From: a virus
Reading direction: 5' to 3' (one strand)
DNA: 39,673 nucleotides
UHGV virus genome: UHGV-0294044
Part shown: in pieces, positions 8,201-15,826 of the stretch
Numbering within the stretch: the stretch's first letter is position 1
Layout of the letters: every line of letters starts with the position of its first letter
Notes under the pieces: model-generated
Told to the model about the DNA's origin: nothing
What the model saw: only the letters and a program-made list of their open reading frames with translations
Databases searched by the model: none
Program-made: the position numbers and the translations under genes

Positions 8201-8842
8201 CTACCGTATGTCGCTCTGAAACGCAACAGCTTTTCCCAAAATATGCACTTGGTTAAGTTCTTCCTTTTGAAAAATTAAATCCTCATATGCGGGATTTTCA
8301 GGTTTTAATATCAGCAATCCTTTTTCCTGGTAGTAAAACAATCTTTTCAGTGTAGCCTCGCTGTCGTTATTGACTACAACGGCGGCTATCTCGCCGTTAT
8401 CTACCATATCCTGTTGTCTAATAAAAACAATATCGCCATCTAAAATTCTAGCCCCTATCATGCTGTCACCGCTGGCTTTCAAGCAAAAATCTGCCTTAAC
8501 GTTTGTTCCTGCCATGACATAACTCTCCCTATCTTCGTTTGTATATTTCGGTTCGCCGCAAGCAATTTCTCCAAGCATAGGAAACCGTTTCAGCTCTATT
8601 GAAAAGATATTCGGGAATGTAGGCGGTTCTTGGTTAAAGTCCTTTCCTGTTGTCAAATACGATAGAGGTAAGTCTAAATATTCAGATATTTTTAAAAGCC
8701 TATCTGATGGGAACTTTCCCTCTTGAAGTTTTCTTATATATCCATTTGAAAATCCACAATCCTTTTCCAACCTTGATATTGGGATTTTTCTTTCTTTACA
8801 TATTTTTTTTACCAGTTCTACGCTGTCCATGATACCTCCCAT
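8201..8842 (-). CDS. CI-like prophage repressor (XRE-family HTH + S24 LexA-type peptidase domain)
   Basis: N-terminal HTH (ISRLEKDCGFSNGYIRKLQEG); C-terminal GDSM...K S24 autopeptidase motifs; divergent from Cro-like gene. Confidence 0.8.
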   Translation of the reverse strand: MGGIMDSVELVKKICKERKIPISRLEKDCGFSNGYIRKLQEGKFPSDRLLKISEYLDLPLSYLTTGKDFNQEPPTFPNIFSIELKRFPMLGEIACGEPKYTNEDRESYVMAGTNVKADFCLKASGDSMIGARILDGDIVFIRQQDMVDNGEIAAVVVNNDSEATLKRLFYYQEKGLLILKPENPAYEDLIFQKEELNQVHILGKAVAFQSDIR

Positions 8843-8846
8843 TGAT

Positions 8847-8931
8847 TTTTAGAAAAAAGTCTAAAATTATGCTTGACAAATGAGAGATAACTCCTTATAA
8901 TAAAATTATGATTTAGAAATAAGTCTAAATC
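8847..8931. promoter_or_regulatory. Lysogeny switch: operators O1 (TTTTAGA-N6-TCTAAAA, 8847-8866) and O2 (GATTTAGA-N6-TCTAAATC, 8910-8931) flanking consensus promoter TTGACA-17-TATAAT (8873-8901, + strand)
   Basis: Two perfect palindromes of identical design bracketing a textbook sigma-70 promoter pointing toward cro; O1 overlaps repressor start. Confidence 0.55.
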
Positions 8932-9483
8932 AAAAAAGATTTATTATAGAGAAATCTCAATAATTGGTGGTGCTTTTATTTTAGAATATTCTCTATAATA
9001 TGTCAATAGCCAAATAGAATTTTTTCTAAATAAAGAAGGGAGGGAAAACAAAGAAACCGCCAGAAGGCTATTTCTGACGGTTCAATGCTAAATTTATTTA
9101 CCCTATGTACTTTGCAGGTTTTCACCGCGCTTTATAGCCCAAACGCTTCTTTAAGTACCCTGTCACTTATGCAGTTTTAGTTCTGCGGAGTGTGCGCCCA
9201 TTAGCTGACAGGTTATAAGGAGTACATAATACGGTGGGATATTATAGGATATCAACCATGAGTTTTTGCCTCTTCTCTGAGGAACTCCGCCGTATTTGCC
9301 ACTACATTTGACCAGTTTAAAGTGCTTTGGTTCCACTATTGCGACCTTATATTAAGGGAACAGGGCAAGACAGTTTTTTTATAAGCATAGAAACCTCCTT
9401 GCCCAAGTATGGGTCGAATATATTCTAACATGGTTCATAGGAAAAATCAAAGAAAATTTTCTATATTTTAAGGGGGTGATATA

Positions 9484-9669
9484 TTGCTTATTTATGACAA
9501 AATCAAGGCCATCTGTGAAGAAAAAAGTTTGAGTATTAGACAGGTAGAGGTGGCAGCTGGACTTAAAAACGGTGCTATTAGCAAATGGAATGATTCGAGT
9601 CCGACAATAAAAAGCCTTAAAGCGGTTGCGGATGTTTTAAAAGTCAAAGTGGACAAGCTTATTTCTTAG
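9484..9669 (+). CDS. Cro-like XRE-family HTH regulator
   Basis: TTG start with RBS AAGGGGGTG; SIRQVEVAAGLKNGAISKWN HTH; operator-like AAGA-N6-TCTA at 9458-9473 just upstream. Confidence 0.55.
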   Translation: MLIYDKIKAICEEKSLSIRQVEVAAGLKNGAISKWNDSSPTIKSLKAVADVLKVKVDKLIS

Positions 9670-9684
9670 AGTAGGAGGTGAAAG

Positions 9685-9774
9685 ATGATGAATGGACCAA
9701 AGTTTAGGTTGGTGAGCGATGGAAAACATACCTATTTTGAATTATGTGGAAAATCTATAGGGAAAGGTATTTAA
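9685..9774 (+). CDS. Small ORF (29 aa) with strong RBS; frame continues past in-frame TAA to 9978
   Basis: GTAGGAGGTGAAAG-ATGATG; if the TAA at 9772-9774 were a mutation the ORF would be ~97 codons (possible pseudogene). Confidence 0.2.
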   Translation: MMNGPKFRLVSDGKHTYFELCGKSIGKGI

Positions 9775-9951
9775 TCCGTTTCTTATGTTCATGAAGCAGG
9801 TAGGAATCCAGAAATTTCCATTTCTTTTAACTTGAATAATTTTGAATTTTTGGAAGATGGGAAGGTTGATAGGGTAACAGTTGATATGGTAATAGGTGAT
9901 TTGTCAGACAGAGAGCCGTCCAGTAAGAACGGCCCTTCTGGGGAAAATGAG

Positions 9952-10128
9952 TTATCTCCGATTATTACGGCTGAGTAATTCAAGCTTTTTTTCAATTTCT
10001 AAAGTATGGATTGCGTTTATATTTATTGCGCATGTAGCATTTTTACCATCTTTTAGAAACAAAGCGCATTGGGTAGTACATTCAACTTTATTTGTTGCAC
10101 TACTCATCAAAGGACACACATATGTCAT
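9952..10128 (-). CDS. Small Cys-rich protein (58 aa), only minus-strand gene in the early region
   Basis: RBS AAGGAGAAA 7 nt before ATG; MTYVCPLMSSATNKVECTTQCALFLKDGKNATCAIN... (4 Cys); divergent from repeat-protein gene; <60 aa so absent from ORF track. Confidence 0.4.
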   Translation of the reverse strand: MTYVCPLMSSATNKVECTTQCALFLKDGKNATCAININAIHTLEIEKKLELLSRNNRR

Positions 10129-10222
10129 TTAATATTTCTCCTTCTTATGTACTCGGCGCGGCAACGCCTGTACTTAAATTATAAAGGAGTTGGGTAGGAA
10201 TGACAAGATTAAAGGAGGAAAC

Positions 10223-11029
10223 ATGGAAGAAATAATAAAATCGTATAAAGGTTTTAATAAGGATATGACCTGCAAAAATAAACAATATGAAGTGGGAAAG
10301 GATTACGAGGAAGATAAAGCCGTGGCTTGTAAATGCGGTATGCATGCATGCGAATACCCACTTGATTGTTTTAAATATTATCCACCATCAAAATCTGTGT
10401 ATTGTGAGGTAGAGCAGAGTGGAGACATAAGCAGACACGATGATAGTAAAATTGCATCAACAAAGATGCGCATTGGTGCACAACTGAATATTGCTGGAAT
10501 TGTAAATGCAGCAATTAAATATACCAAAGAAAAGGTTGAAAAAACTTGTATAGAATCTAAATCAGCAACAGCCGGGGACAGCGGAGCAGCAACAGCCGGG
10601 AACTACGGAGCAGCAACAGCCGGGGACAGCGGAGCAGCAACAGCCGGGAACAGCGGAGCAGCAACAGCCGGGTACTGCGGAGCAGCAACAGCCGGGGACA
10701 GCGGAGCAGCAACAGCCGGGTACTACGGAGCAGCAACAGCCGGGTACTACGGAGCAGCAACAGCCGGGAACTGCGGAGCAGCAACAGCCGGGGACTACGG
10801 AGCAGCAACAAGTCGTGGAAAATCATCAACAGGCGAAAACGGATTATCTGTTGCAAGAGGAAACGGGGTAAAAGCAAAAGGAGGGATAGGTTCGATTTTG
10901 GTTATTGCAGAAGAAGAAAATAGCTGTAAAATTTCCAACTGGAAAGCAGTAGTTGTTGATGGAGTAAACATCAAAGCAGATACATGGTACATGCTTAAAG
11001 ATGGAGAACTCATAGAAGCGGAAGATTAG
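10223..11029 (+). CDS. Repeat protein: Cys-rich N-terminal domain + ~10 tandem octapeptides G-A-A-T-A-G-[DNY]-[SYC] + C-terminal beta-rich domain
   Basis: RBS AAAGGAGG; ATG 10223 within ORF 10190-11029; perfect 24-nt coding repeats; N-terminal CxC...C...HAC motif. Confidence 0.6.
   Translation: MEEIIKSYKGFNKDMTCKNKQYEVGKDYEEDKAVACKCGMHACEYPLDCFKYYPPSKSVYCEVEQSGDISRHDDSKIASTKMRIGAQLNIAGIVNAAIKYTKEKVEKTCIESKSATAGDSGAATAGNYGAATAGDSGAATAGNSGAATAGYCGAATAGDSGAATAGYYGAATAGYYGAATAGNCGAATAGDYGAATSRGKSSTGENGLSVARGNGVKAKGGIGSILVIAEEENSCKISNWKAVVVDGVNIKADTWYMLKDGELIEAED
10562..10810 (+). repeat. Tandem array of 24-bp units GGAGCAGCAACAGCCGGG-NAC-NNC (9 full + 2 partial), in-frame coding
   Basis: 18 of 24 nt identical in every unit; only 3 positions vary (codon 7: G/A/T-AC; codon 8: AG/TA/TG-C). 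Confidence 0.8.
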
Positions 11030-11158
11030 ATTTATAAAATGCCCCGGAGGTGACACGAACACCAACCGGAGCCGTAACCACATTAATGAGCCTAATGCGG
11101 ATACAGGAATATTTTACCATTTTCTCCTGTATTACGCAAGCACAGGAGGAAAAAAATT

Positions 11159-11437
11159 ATGAACATTGAAAACCAGAAGGACAAGCCAACATGGGAAGGG
11201 CTGGAGCAGTATTTTGCTGTAGAGGTAATAGAGCAAGCCAAGAAAAGCAGTAACCGATGGTTTCATGCGTGGGTTATCACTTTTGTTATTGGATTAGCTG
11301 CATTTATAGGCACTAATGCTTATTGGATACACATATTCCAGTCTTATGATTATATAACCCAGGATGGCACCGGACTGAACAACATCAACACAGGAACACA
11401 AGGAGATTTAGAGAATGGGACAGAGGGCCAGGATTAA
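11159..11437 (+). CDS. Small single-TM membrane protein (92 aa)
   Basis: RBS GGAGG; central hydrophobic helix WVITFVIGLAAFIGTNAYWI. Confidence 0.45.
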   Translation: MNIENQKDKPTWEGLEQYFAVEVIEQAKKSSNRWFHAWVITFVIGLAAFIGTNAYWIHIFQSYDYITQDGTGLNNINTGTQGDLENGTEGQD

Positions 11438-11486
11438 GAAGAACGGCAAGAGCCGGGGAATCAAGAGGAAGAGAAGGAGATAAACG

Positions 11487-11585
11487 ATGTACATTAATCC
11501 ATTTTTAGCAGGAGTTGTTTGCACTGTTTTTGCAGAGATACTAATAATTATAGCAATAGCGCTTTACCAGTATTTTAAGAGTTAA
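11487..11585 (+). CDS. 32-aa hydrophobic peptide (MYINPFLAGVVCTVFAEILIIIAIALYQYFKS)
   Basis: RBS GAAGGAGA 7 nt upstream; single TM helix; resembles type I toxin / small lysis-regulatory peptides in size only. Confidence 0.3.
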   Translation: MYINPFLAGVVCTVFAEILIIIAIALYQYFKS

Positions 11586-11587
11586 TG

Positions 11588-11676
11588 GCGGTGTGTGGCA
11601 CACAGGTCCAGGTTCGATTCCTGGCATAACCATGGTGGAAAGTAAGAGGGTGCCGGTTCGACTCCGGCCGCCGCCA
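11588..11676 (+). other. Two tandem tRNA 3'-half-like segments (T-arm + acceptor 3' strand each); tRNA-derived fragment/att-remnant, not a complete tRNA
   Basis: CCAGG-TTCGATT-CCTGG-CATAACC-A (11608-11632) and GCCGG-TTCGACT-CCGGC-CGCCGCC-A (11652-11676); GGCGGTG at 11588 can pair with the final acceptor strand. Confidence 0.35.
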
Positions 11677-11710
11677 ACTTAACATTTAACTATGGAAAAG
11701 GAGAAACTAT

Positions 11711-12121
11711 ATGAAAGAGCAAGAAGCAATAGAATTACTAAAAGGTATGCAAAATCCATTACAGGATTATGCAGATATGATTGGTGCTCCGGCTTTTGCG
11801 TCTGGGCATAGATATGTATATCCAGAACCCGAAGACTATGCTATCGAAGAGGCAATAACTGTTTTGGAAGAAAAGAAGAGTCGAAGATGGATTCCAGTAT
11901 CGGAACAGTTGCCGGATGAACCAAAATTTTTCCTTGTAACATTTGCAAAACAATTTGGAGGATACGATATTGAATACTGCTATTATGAATGCGAAAAATG
12001 GTTCATAGTTGCTGACGGTGATAATAGCGAAAATAAGGCATGGAGAGAAGAAATGAAAAGTGTTGTTGCATGGATGCCACTGCCGGAACCATACCGGCCA
12101 GAACCGGGGAAGAAGTGCTGA
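11711..12121 (+). CDS. DUF551-like phage protein
   Basis: C-terminal WIPVSEQLPDE...WMPLPEPY signature characteristic of DUF551. Confidence 0.5.
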   Translation: MKEQEAIELLKGMQNPLQDYADMIGAPAFASGHRYVYPEPEDYAIEEAITVLEEKKSRRWIPVSEQLPDEPKFFLVTFAKQFGGYDIEYCYYECEKWFIVADGDNSENKAWREEMKSVVAWMPLPEPYRPEPGKKC

Positions 12122-12160
12122 GTATTCAAATTAAGATTTTAAAAGGAGGTTGCAAAAATT

Positions 12161-12349
12161 ATGTATAAAAGCGTATATGTAAAGACTCATGAATGTTTTG
12201 CAAAGGGAATTGATTGCAATGAATTCTATTTTTCCAACGTTGATATCGAAGATGAGGCAAATTTTTTAACATTATATGATAGAGACGGCACTTTAGCTTT
12301 TAAATGTCGCGTAACTGATATTGAGCGTTTTGCTAAGATGCAAGATTAG
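12161..12349 (+). CDS. Hypothetical small phage protein
   Basis: RBS AAAGGAGG; 62 aa. Confidence 0.4.
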   Translation: MYKSVYVKTHECFAKGIDCNEFYFSNVDIEDEANFLTLYDRDGTLAFKCRVTDIERFAKMQD

Positions 12350-12369
12350 CAATTAAGGAGGAAGTAAGA

Positions 12370-12597
12370 GTGAAATCTAAGAAGCCGTCAGAATGGCAAA
12401 AGGACAGCATACGGCTACTGATAGAAGAAGCCAAAATAAGAAATAACTTTGATGATAATGAGCTGGCCTTGTATTTGGGGTTTTGCACAAGCTCGTTTAG
12501 AGAGCGTAAAGCCAACCCTCAAAAACTGACAATAGAAAAATTGCAGATACTTCTGCAATTGACCGGGAAGGAGATGAAATTTGTTGAAACAGCTTAA
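12370..12597 (+). CDS. Small HTH-containing protein
   Basis: GTG start with RBS AAGGAGGAAG; ...NELALYLGFCTSSFRERKANPQKLTIEKLQILLQLTG helix-turn-helix-like. Confidence 0.4.
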   Translation: MKSKKPSEWQKDSIRLLIEEAKIRNNFDDNELALYLGFCTSSFRERKANPQKLTIEKLQILLQLTGKEMKFVETA

Positions 12598-12720
12598 ATA
12601 CATACCTGTCGGAAAAACACACTTAAGCCCGCGGCAGAAAGACCGGATGATTATTCGCGGTTTAACCGCTGCGGTGATGGTCTTAAGCGGATTGCTGGTG
12701 ATATGCATGGCGGTGATATT

Positions 12721-12909
12721 ATGAGCCGCCGCCGCAATGGAACCAACCGGGCCGGGGCAATGATAAATGCTAGTCGGTACACCGGATATGGTAAGCCAAT
12801 AAAAAAGGTCGTCAGCTTGACAGAGCTAAACGACCGGATACAAAAAATAACTCAGTCTGATTATATCAGAGATTATGGAGGTTTTCAAGATGGAAGAAAG
12901 AATGGTTGA
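12721..12909 (+). CDS. Hypothetical small basic protein
   Basis: ATG at 12721 within ORF 12703-12909. Confidence 0.3.
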   Translation: MSRRRNGTNRAGAMINASRYTGYGKPIKKVVSLTELNDRIQKITQSDYIRDYGGFQDGRKNG

Positions 12910-13072
12910 AATTTCTGCTAATGAATATAGAAAGCTTATTGAGCTTGAAGGTCGGGTAAATGCAGCTTTGATTTTTTTGGATAACGATGAATATGCCAGT
13001 CGTAATGTGCTGGTCGGTATTTTGAGAGGTGTACCGGTTAAAGTTCCTAAGGATAAAACACATGATGAATAA
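12889..13072 (+). CDS. Hypothetical small phage protein
   Basis: RBS GGAGG; MEERMVEISANEYRKLIELEGRV... Confidence 0.35.
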
Positions 13073-13253
13073 TTCTAAATGTGATTCTTGTGGATGTTTT
13101 CTTGACCCGAAACATTGGAAAGAATGTGATAAATGCCATCAGAGGGAACTTAAGCGAGTGAAAAAGGTAGAAAGAATGCAGGAGCCTATCAAATCAGAGG
13201 GTCAGAATTACACTTTATATTCAGATGGAGGACAAGTAGATGAACTTATATGA
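13062..13253 (+). CDS. Small zinc-ribbon-like protein (CxxC...CxxC)
   Basis: MMNNSKCDSCGCFLDPKHWKECDKCHQREL. Confidence 0.35.
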   Translation: MMNNSKCDSCGCFLDPKHWKECDKCHQRELKRVKKVERMQEPIKSEGQNYTLYSDGGQVDELI

Positions 13254-13701
13254 AATTGATACAGAAATATTGGGTTGCGTTGACATGGAAACAGGGGAAA
13301 TCATAGACGATGGACGTCTGGACCGACTCCAGATGGAAAAGGAAAAGAAGATTGAGAATATAGCTTGCTGGTACAAAAATCTCAAAGCGGAGGAGGGTGC
13401 CATTGATTCTGAAATTAAAAATCTTAATGCAAGAAAAGTAGCCGCAGGTAATCAGGCCGAACGGCTTAAGGAATACTTATCTGGATATCTTGACGGTGAG
13501 AAGTTCAAAACGGCGAGAATTTCAATATCTTACCGTAAATCAGAATCGGTTGTGATTGAGGATACATCTAATATCCCTACAGAATACCTTGTTGCCAAGG
13601 AGCCGGAACCGAGCAAAACCAAAATTAAAGAAGCCATAAAAGGAGGTCTTACAGTTCCAGGGGCGCATATTGAACAGAAACAGAATATACAGATTAAGTA
13701 G
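13240..13701 (+). CDS. Siphovirus Gp157-family protein
   Basis: Size, coiled-coil N-terminus and position immediately upstream of ERF recombinase as in Sfi21-like phages. Confidence 0.5.
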   Translation: MNLYEIDTEILGCVDMETGEIIDDGRLDRLQMEKEKKIENIACWYKNLKAEEGAIDSEIKNLNARKVAAGNQAERLKEYLSGYLDGEKFKTARISISYRKSESVVIEDTSNIPTEYLVAKEPEPSKTKIKEAIKGGLTVPGAHIEQKQNIQIK

Positions 13702-13710
13702 GTGTTGTGT

Positions 13711-14412
13711 ATGGAAAATCTTGACTTATACCAAAAGGTCCGTTCTGTTCCAGATAGCGCTAAGAAAACCATTAAGGGAGGTCGTACCAGCGGTATGACC
13801 GATATTAACCCTATGTGGCGCATAAAAGTCCTTACTGAGCAGTTCGGGCCATGTGGGATAGGATGGTACTACATCCCAACGAAGAAGTGGTTGGAAACAT
13901 CGGGTAATGAGATAGCAGCTTTTGTGGATATCGAGTTATACGTAAAGGTTGATGGGGAATGGTCTAAACCAATACCAGGAAACGGCGGCAGCATGTTTGC
14001 ATCAAAAGAGAAATCCGGCATATACGTTTCGGACGAATGTTATAAGATGGCAACCACAGATGCTATATCGGTTGCGTGTAAGCAGCTTGGAATTGGCGCT
14101 GATGTTTATTGGGATTCAGACCGGACAAAATACAGCAACGAACAAATTCCAGAATCAAAAAATGAAAAGAGTATTTCAAAAGAAAAGAAGCTAACCGAGG
14201 AGCAGGTAAATGATTTGATAGCAGAGTGTGAGAGGACTGGTAAACATTGGAGGGCCATCTGTTCTCTGTATGCTGTAGAAAAATTTAGTGATATGGTTGA
14301 ATCTCAGTATAGAGATTGTATTAAAAGGTTCAAGTCCACCCCGGACAAACCCTCTAACGAGAATCCTGCCCCTCCAGATAATATGCAGGATAGTGGACTT
14401 CCCTGGAATTAA
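13711..14412 (+). CDS. ERF-family single-strand annealing protein (recombinase)
   Basis: RBS AGGTG; ...TSGMTDINPMWRIKVLTEQFGPCGIGWYY... typical ERF core. Confidence 0.65.
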   Translation: MENLDLYQKVRSVPDSAKKTIKGGRTSGMTDINPMWRIKVLTEQFGPCGIGWYYIPTKKWLETSGNEIAAFVDIELYVKVDGEWSKPIPGNGGSMFASKEKSGIYVSDECYKMATTDAISVACKQLGIGADVYWDSDRTKYSNEQIPESKNEKSISKEKKLTEEQVNDLIAECERTGKHWRAICSLYAVEKFSDMVESQYRDCIKRFKSTPDKPSNENPAPPDNMQDSGLPWN

Positions 14413-14424
14413 AGAGGTGTTTAT

Positions 14425-15051
14425 ATGCATGAGTCAGCGGATATAACAGCATACAAGCTGGTTCCTGAGGGGACATATTTGCAGATATTTATTCCTGGGA
14501 AGAATCTCATGGAACCGATTATTGAGAAGCACATGAATAGTTGCAGCATATGGCTTGACGATGGCAGACACATCAGTTCAGACCAGCGCCGAAAGATTTA
14601 TGCCACGGTCAATGATATATCGGCTTATTCCGGGAATGTGCCGGAGGTCGAGAAAGAATGGCTTAAGTATTTACATATTAACCGGACCGGATGCGGATAT
14701 TTTTCCCTGTCTGATTGTTCTATGGATACTGCCAGGGAATTTATTAATACTATGCTGGATTTTGCGCTGGAACAGGGAATACCGCTGCTGGATTTTGCAC
14801 TTAACCGTACCGATGATATAGGACATTACCTGTATGCGTGTTTAAAGCTTCGTAAGTGTGCTATATGCGGTCGAGATGGAGAGATACATCATGTAGATAC
14901 TATCGGCATGGGTAATGACCGGAGGAAGGTTGATGATTCGGAGTACCGGAAAATATGCTTATGCCGGCAGCACCATACAGAAGCGCATAGCATTGGTATG
15001 ACAGCGTTTGAGGACAGATATAAGGTGTACGGAATCAAGTTTGATAATTAA
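14425..15051 (+). CDS. HNH endonuclease-domain protein
   Basis: C-terminal CAICGRDGEIHHVD...N...CLCRQHHTEAH HNH/zinc-finger motif. Confidence 0.5.
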   Translation: MHESADITAYKLVPEGTYLQIFIPGKNLMEPIIEKHMNSCSIWLDDGRHISSDQRRKIYATVNDISAYSGNVPEVEKEWLKYLHINRTGCGYFSLSDCSMDTAREFINTMLDFALEQGIPLLDFALNRTDDIGHYLYACLKLRKCAICGRDGEIHHVDTIGMGNDRRKVDDSEYRKICLCRQHHTEAHSIGMTAFEDRYKVYGIKFDN

Positions 15052-15078
15052 AATTTCTGGGATAACCGGAGGAAAGTT

Positions 15079-15291
15079 ATGATTGATAGGAAACATCCTT
15101 TTATTTTTAAAGTAAAATGGAGAGATTTTTATATTTTGTGGGTTTGGAAGTTTGCTTTAATATGGATTACCAAAGCCGAACATACAAATCCAAAGAAATA
15201 CATAGAAATATGGAATGCAGAATATGGAAAAGCATTGGTATTCGGAAGATATGGAATCGGAATAGGTCATGCATTTAAGTTTAAGCCATAA
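15079..15291 (+). CDS. Hypothetical protein
   Basis: RBS GGAGG; 70 aa. Confidence 0.3.
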   Translation: MIDRKHPFIFKVKWRDFYILWVWKFALIWITKAEHTNPKKYIEIWNAEYGKALVFGRYGIGIGHAFKFKP

Positions 15292-15442
15292 AACTGACAT
15301 TTTTGGTATCTATTCCCCTTGCGGGATGATACATACAACGGAAATGAGTACTGGTCAGAATGCTGATATGTCACGATATACTTTCTGACCCTGGGCCGGG
15401 ACCTGTCAAACCTCCTTTACCCGGCCCGAAAGGAGGGATTAT

Positions 15443-15826
15443 TTGAAGAATAAACGAACTGTTAGCGAAGAAGTTCAGGCAAGGGTATATAATGTGCTCC
15501 TTGTAGGAAAAGAGAATGCATTGAACCGAGATGAACTGGTATCTAAGACAGGAGAAGAAGATAGAGACATACGAACCGCGATTGAAATGTTAAGACACGA
15601 TAAGGTGATTCTTACATTGTCGAAAGGGAAAGGTTACTATATACCTCCTGATGATGCACAAGGGCGGCAGGAAGCCTATAAATGGATTGAAAGCCAGAAT
15701 AGCCGGATAGAGAGCATAAAGGCGGCAGAGCGTGGCGCACAGCTCTTTATAAAAAAAAATAAGAACACTAAAAGAAAAGATACCGGATTTCCTGGGCAAT
15801 TGAGTATGTTTGGTGCAGGATTATGA
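15443..15826 (+). CDS. Hypothetical wHTH-like protein
   Basis: TTG start after RBS AAAGGAGGG; upstream 7+7-bp hairpin GGGCCGG...CCGGCCC. Confidence 0.4.
   Translation: MKNKRTVSEEVQARVYNVLLVGKENALNRDELVSKTGEEDRDIRTAIEMLRHDKVILTLSKGKGYYIPPDDAQGRQEAYKWIESQNSRIESIKAAERGAQLFIKKNKNTKRKDTGFPGQLSMFGAGL

Noticed and set aside
10562-10810. Tandem 24-bp repeats as a CRISPR array
   Set aside because: Units are contiguous with no spacers, sit in-frame inside a protein-coding gene, and no cas genes or leader are present.
10562-10810. A diversity-generating retroelement
   Set aside because: There is no reverse transcriptase and no template-repeat copy anywhere in the window. Only the mutational pattern is suggestive.
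10557-10877. Minus-strand ORF translating to LLLLRS/LLLLRC repeats
   Set aside because: It is the mirror image of the in-frame coding repeats of the plus-strand gene 10223-11029, which has the RBS, flanking domains and strand consistency.
11588-11676. A complete functional tRNA gene
   Set aside because: Two T-arm/acceptor modules are present but no D-arm or anticodon arm can be built. Forcing one 89-nt cloverleaf requires a 3-nt D-loop and a 27-nt variable region.
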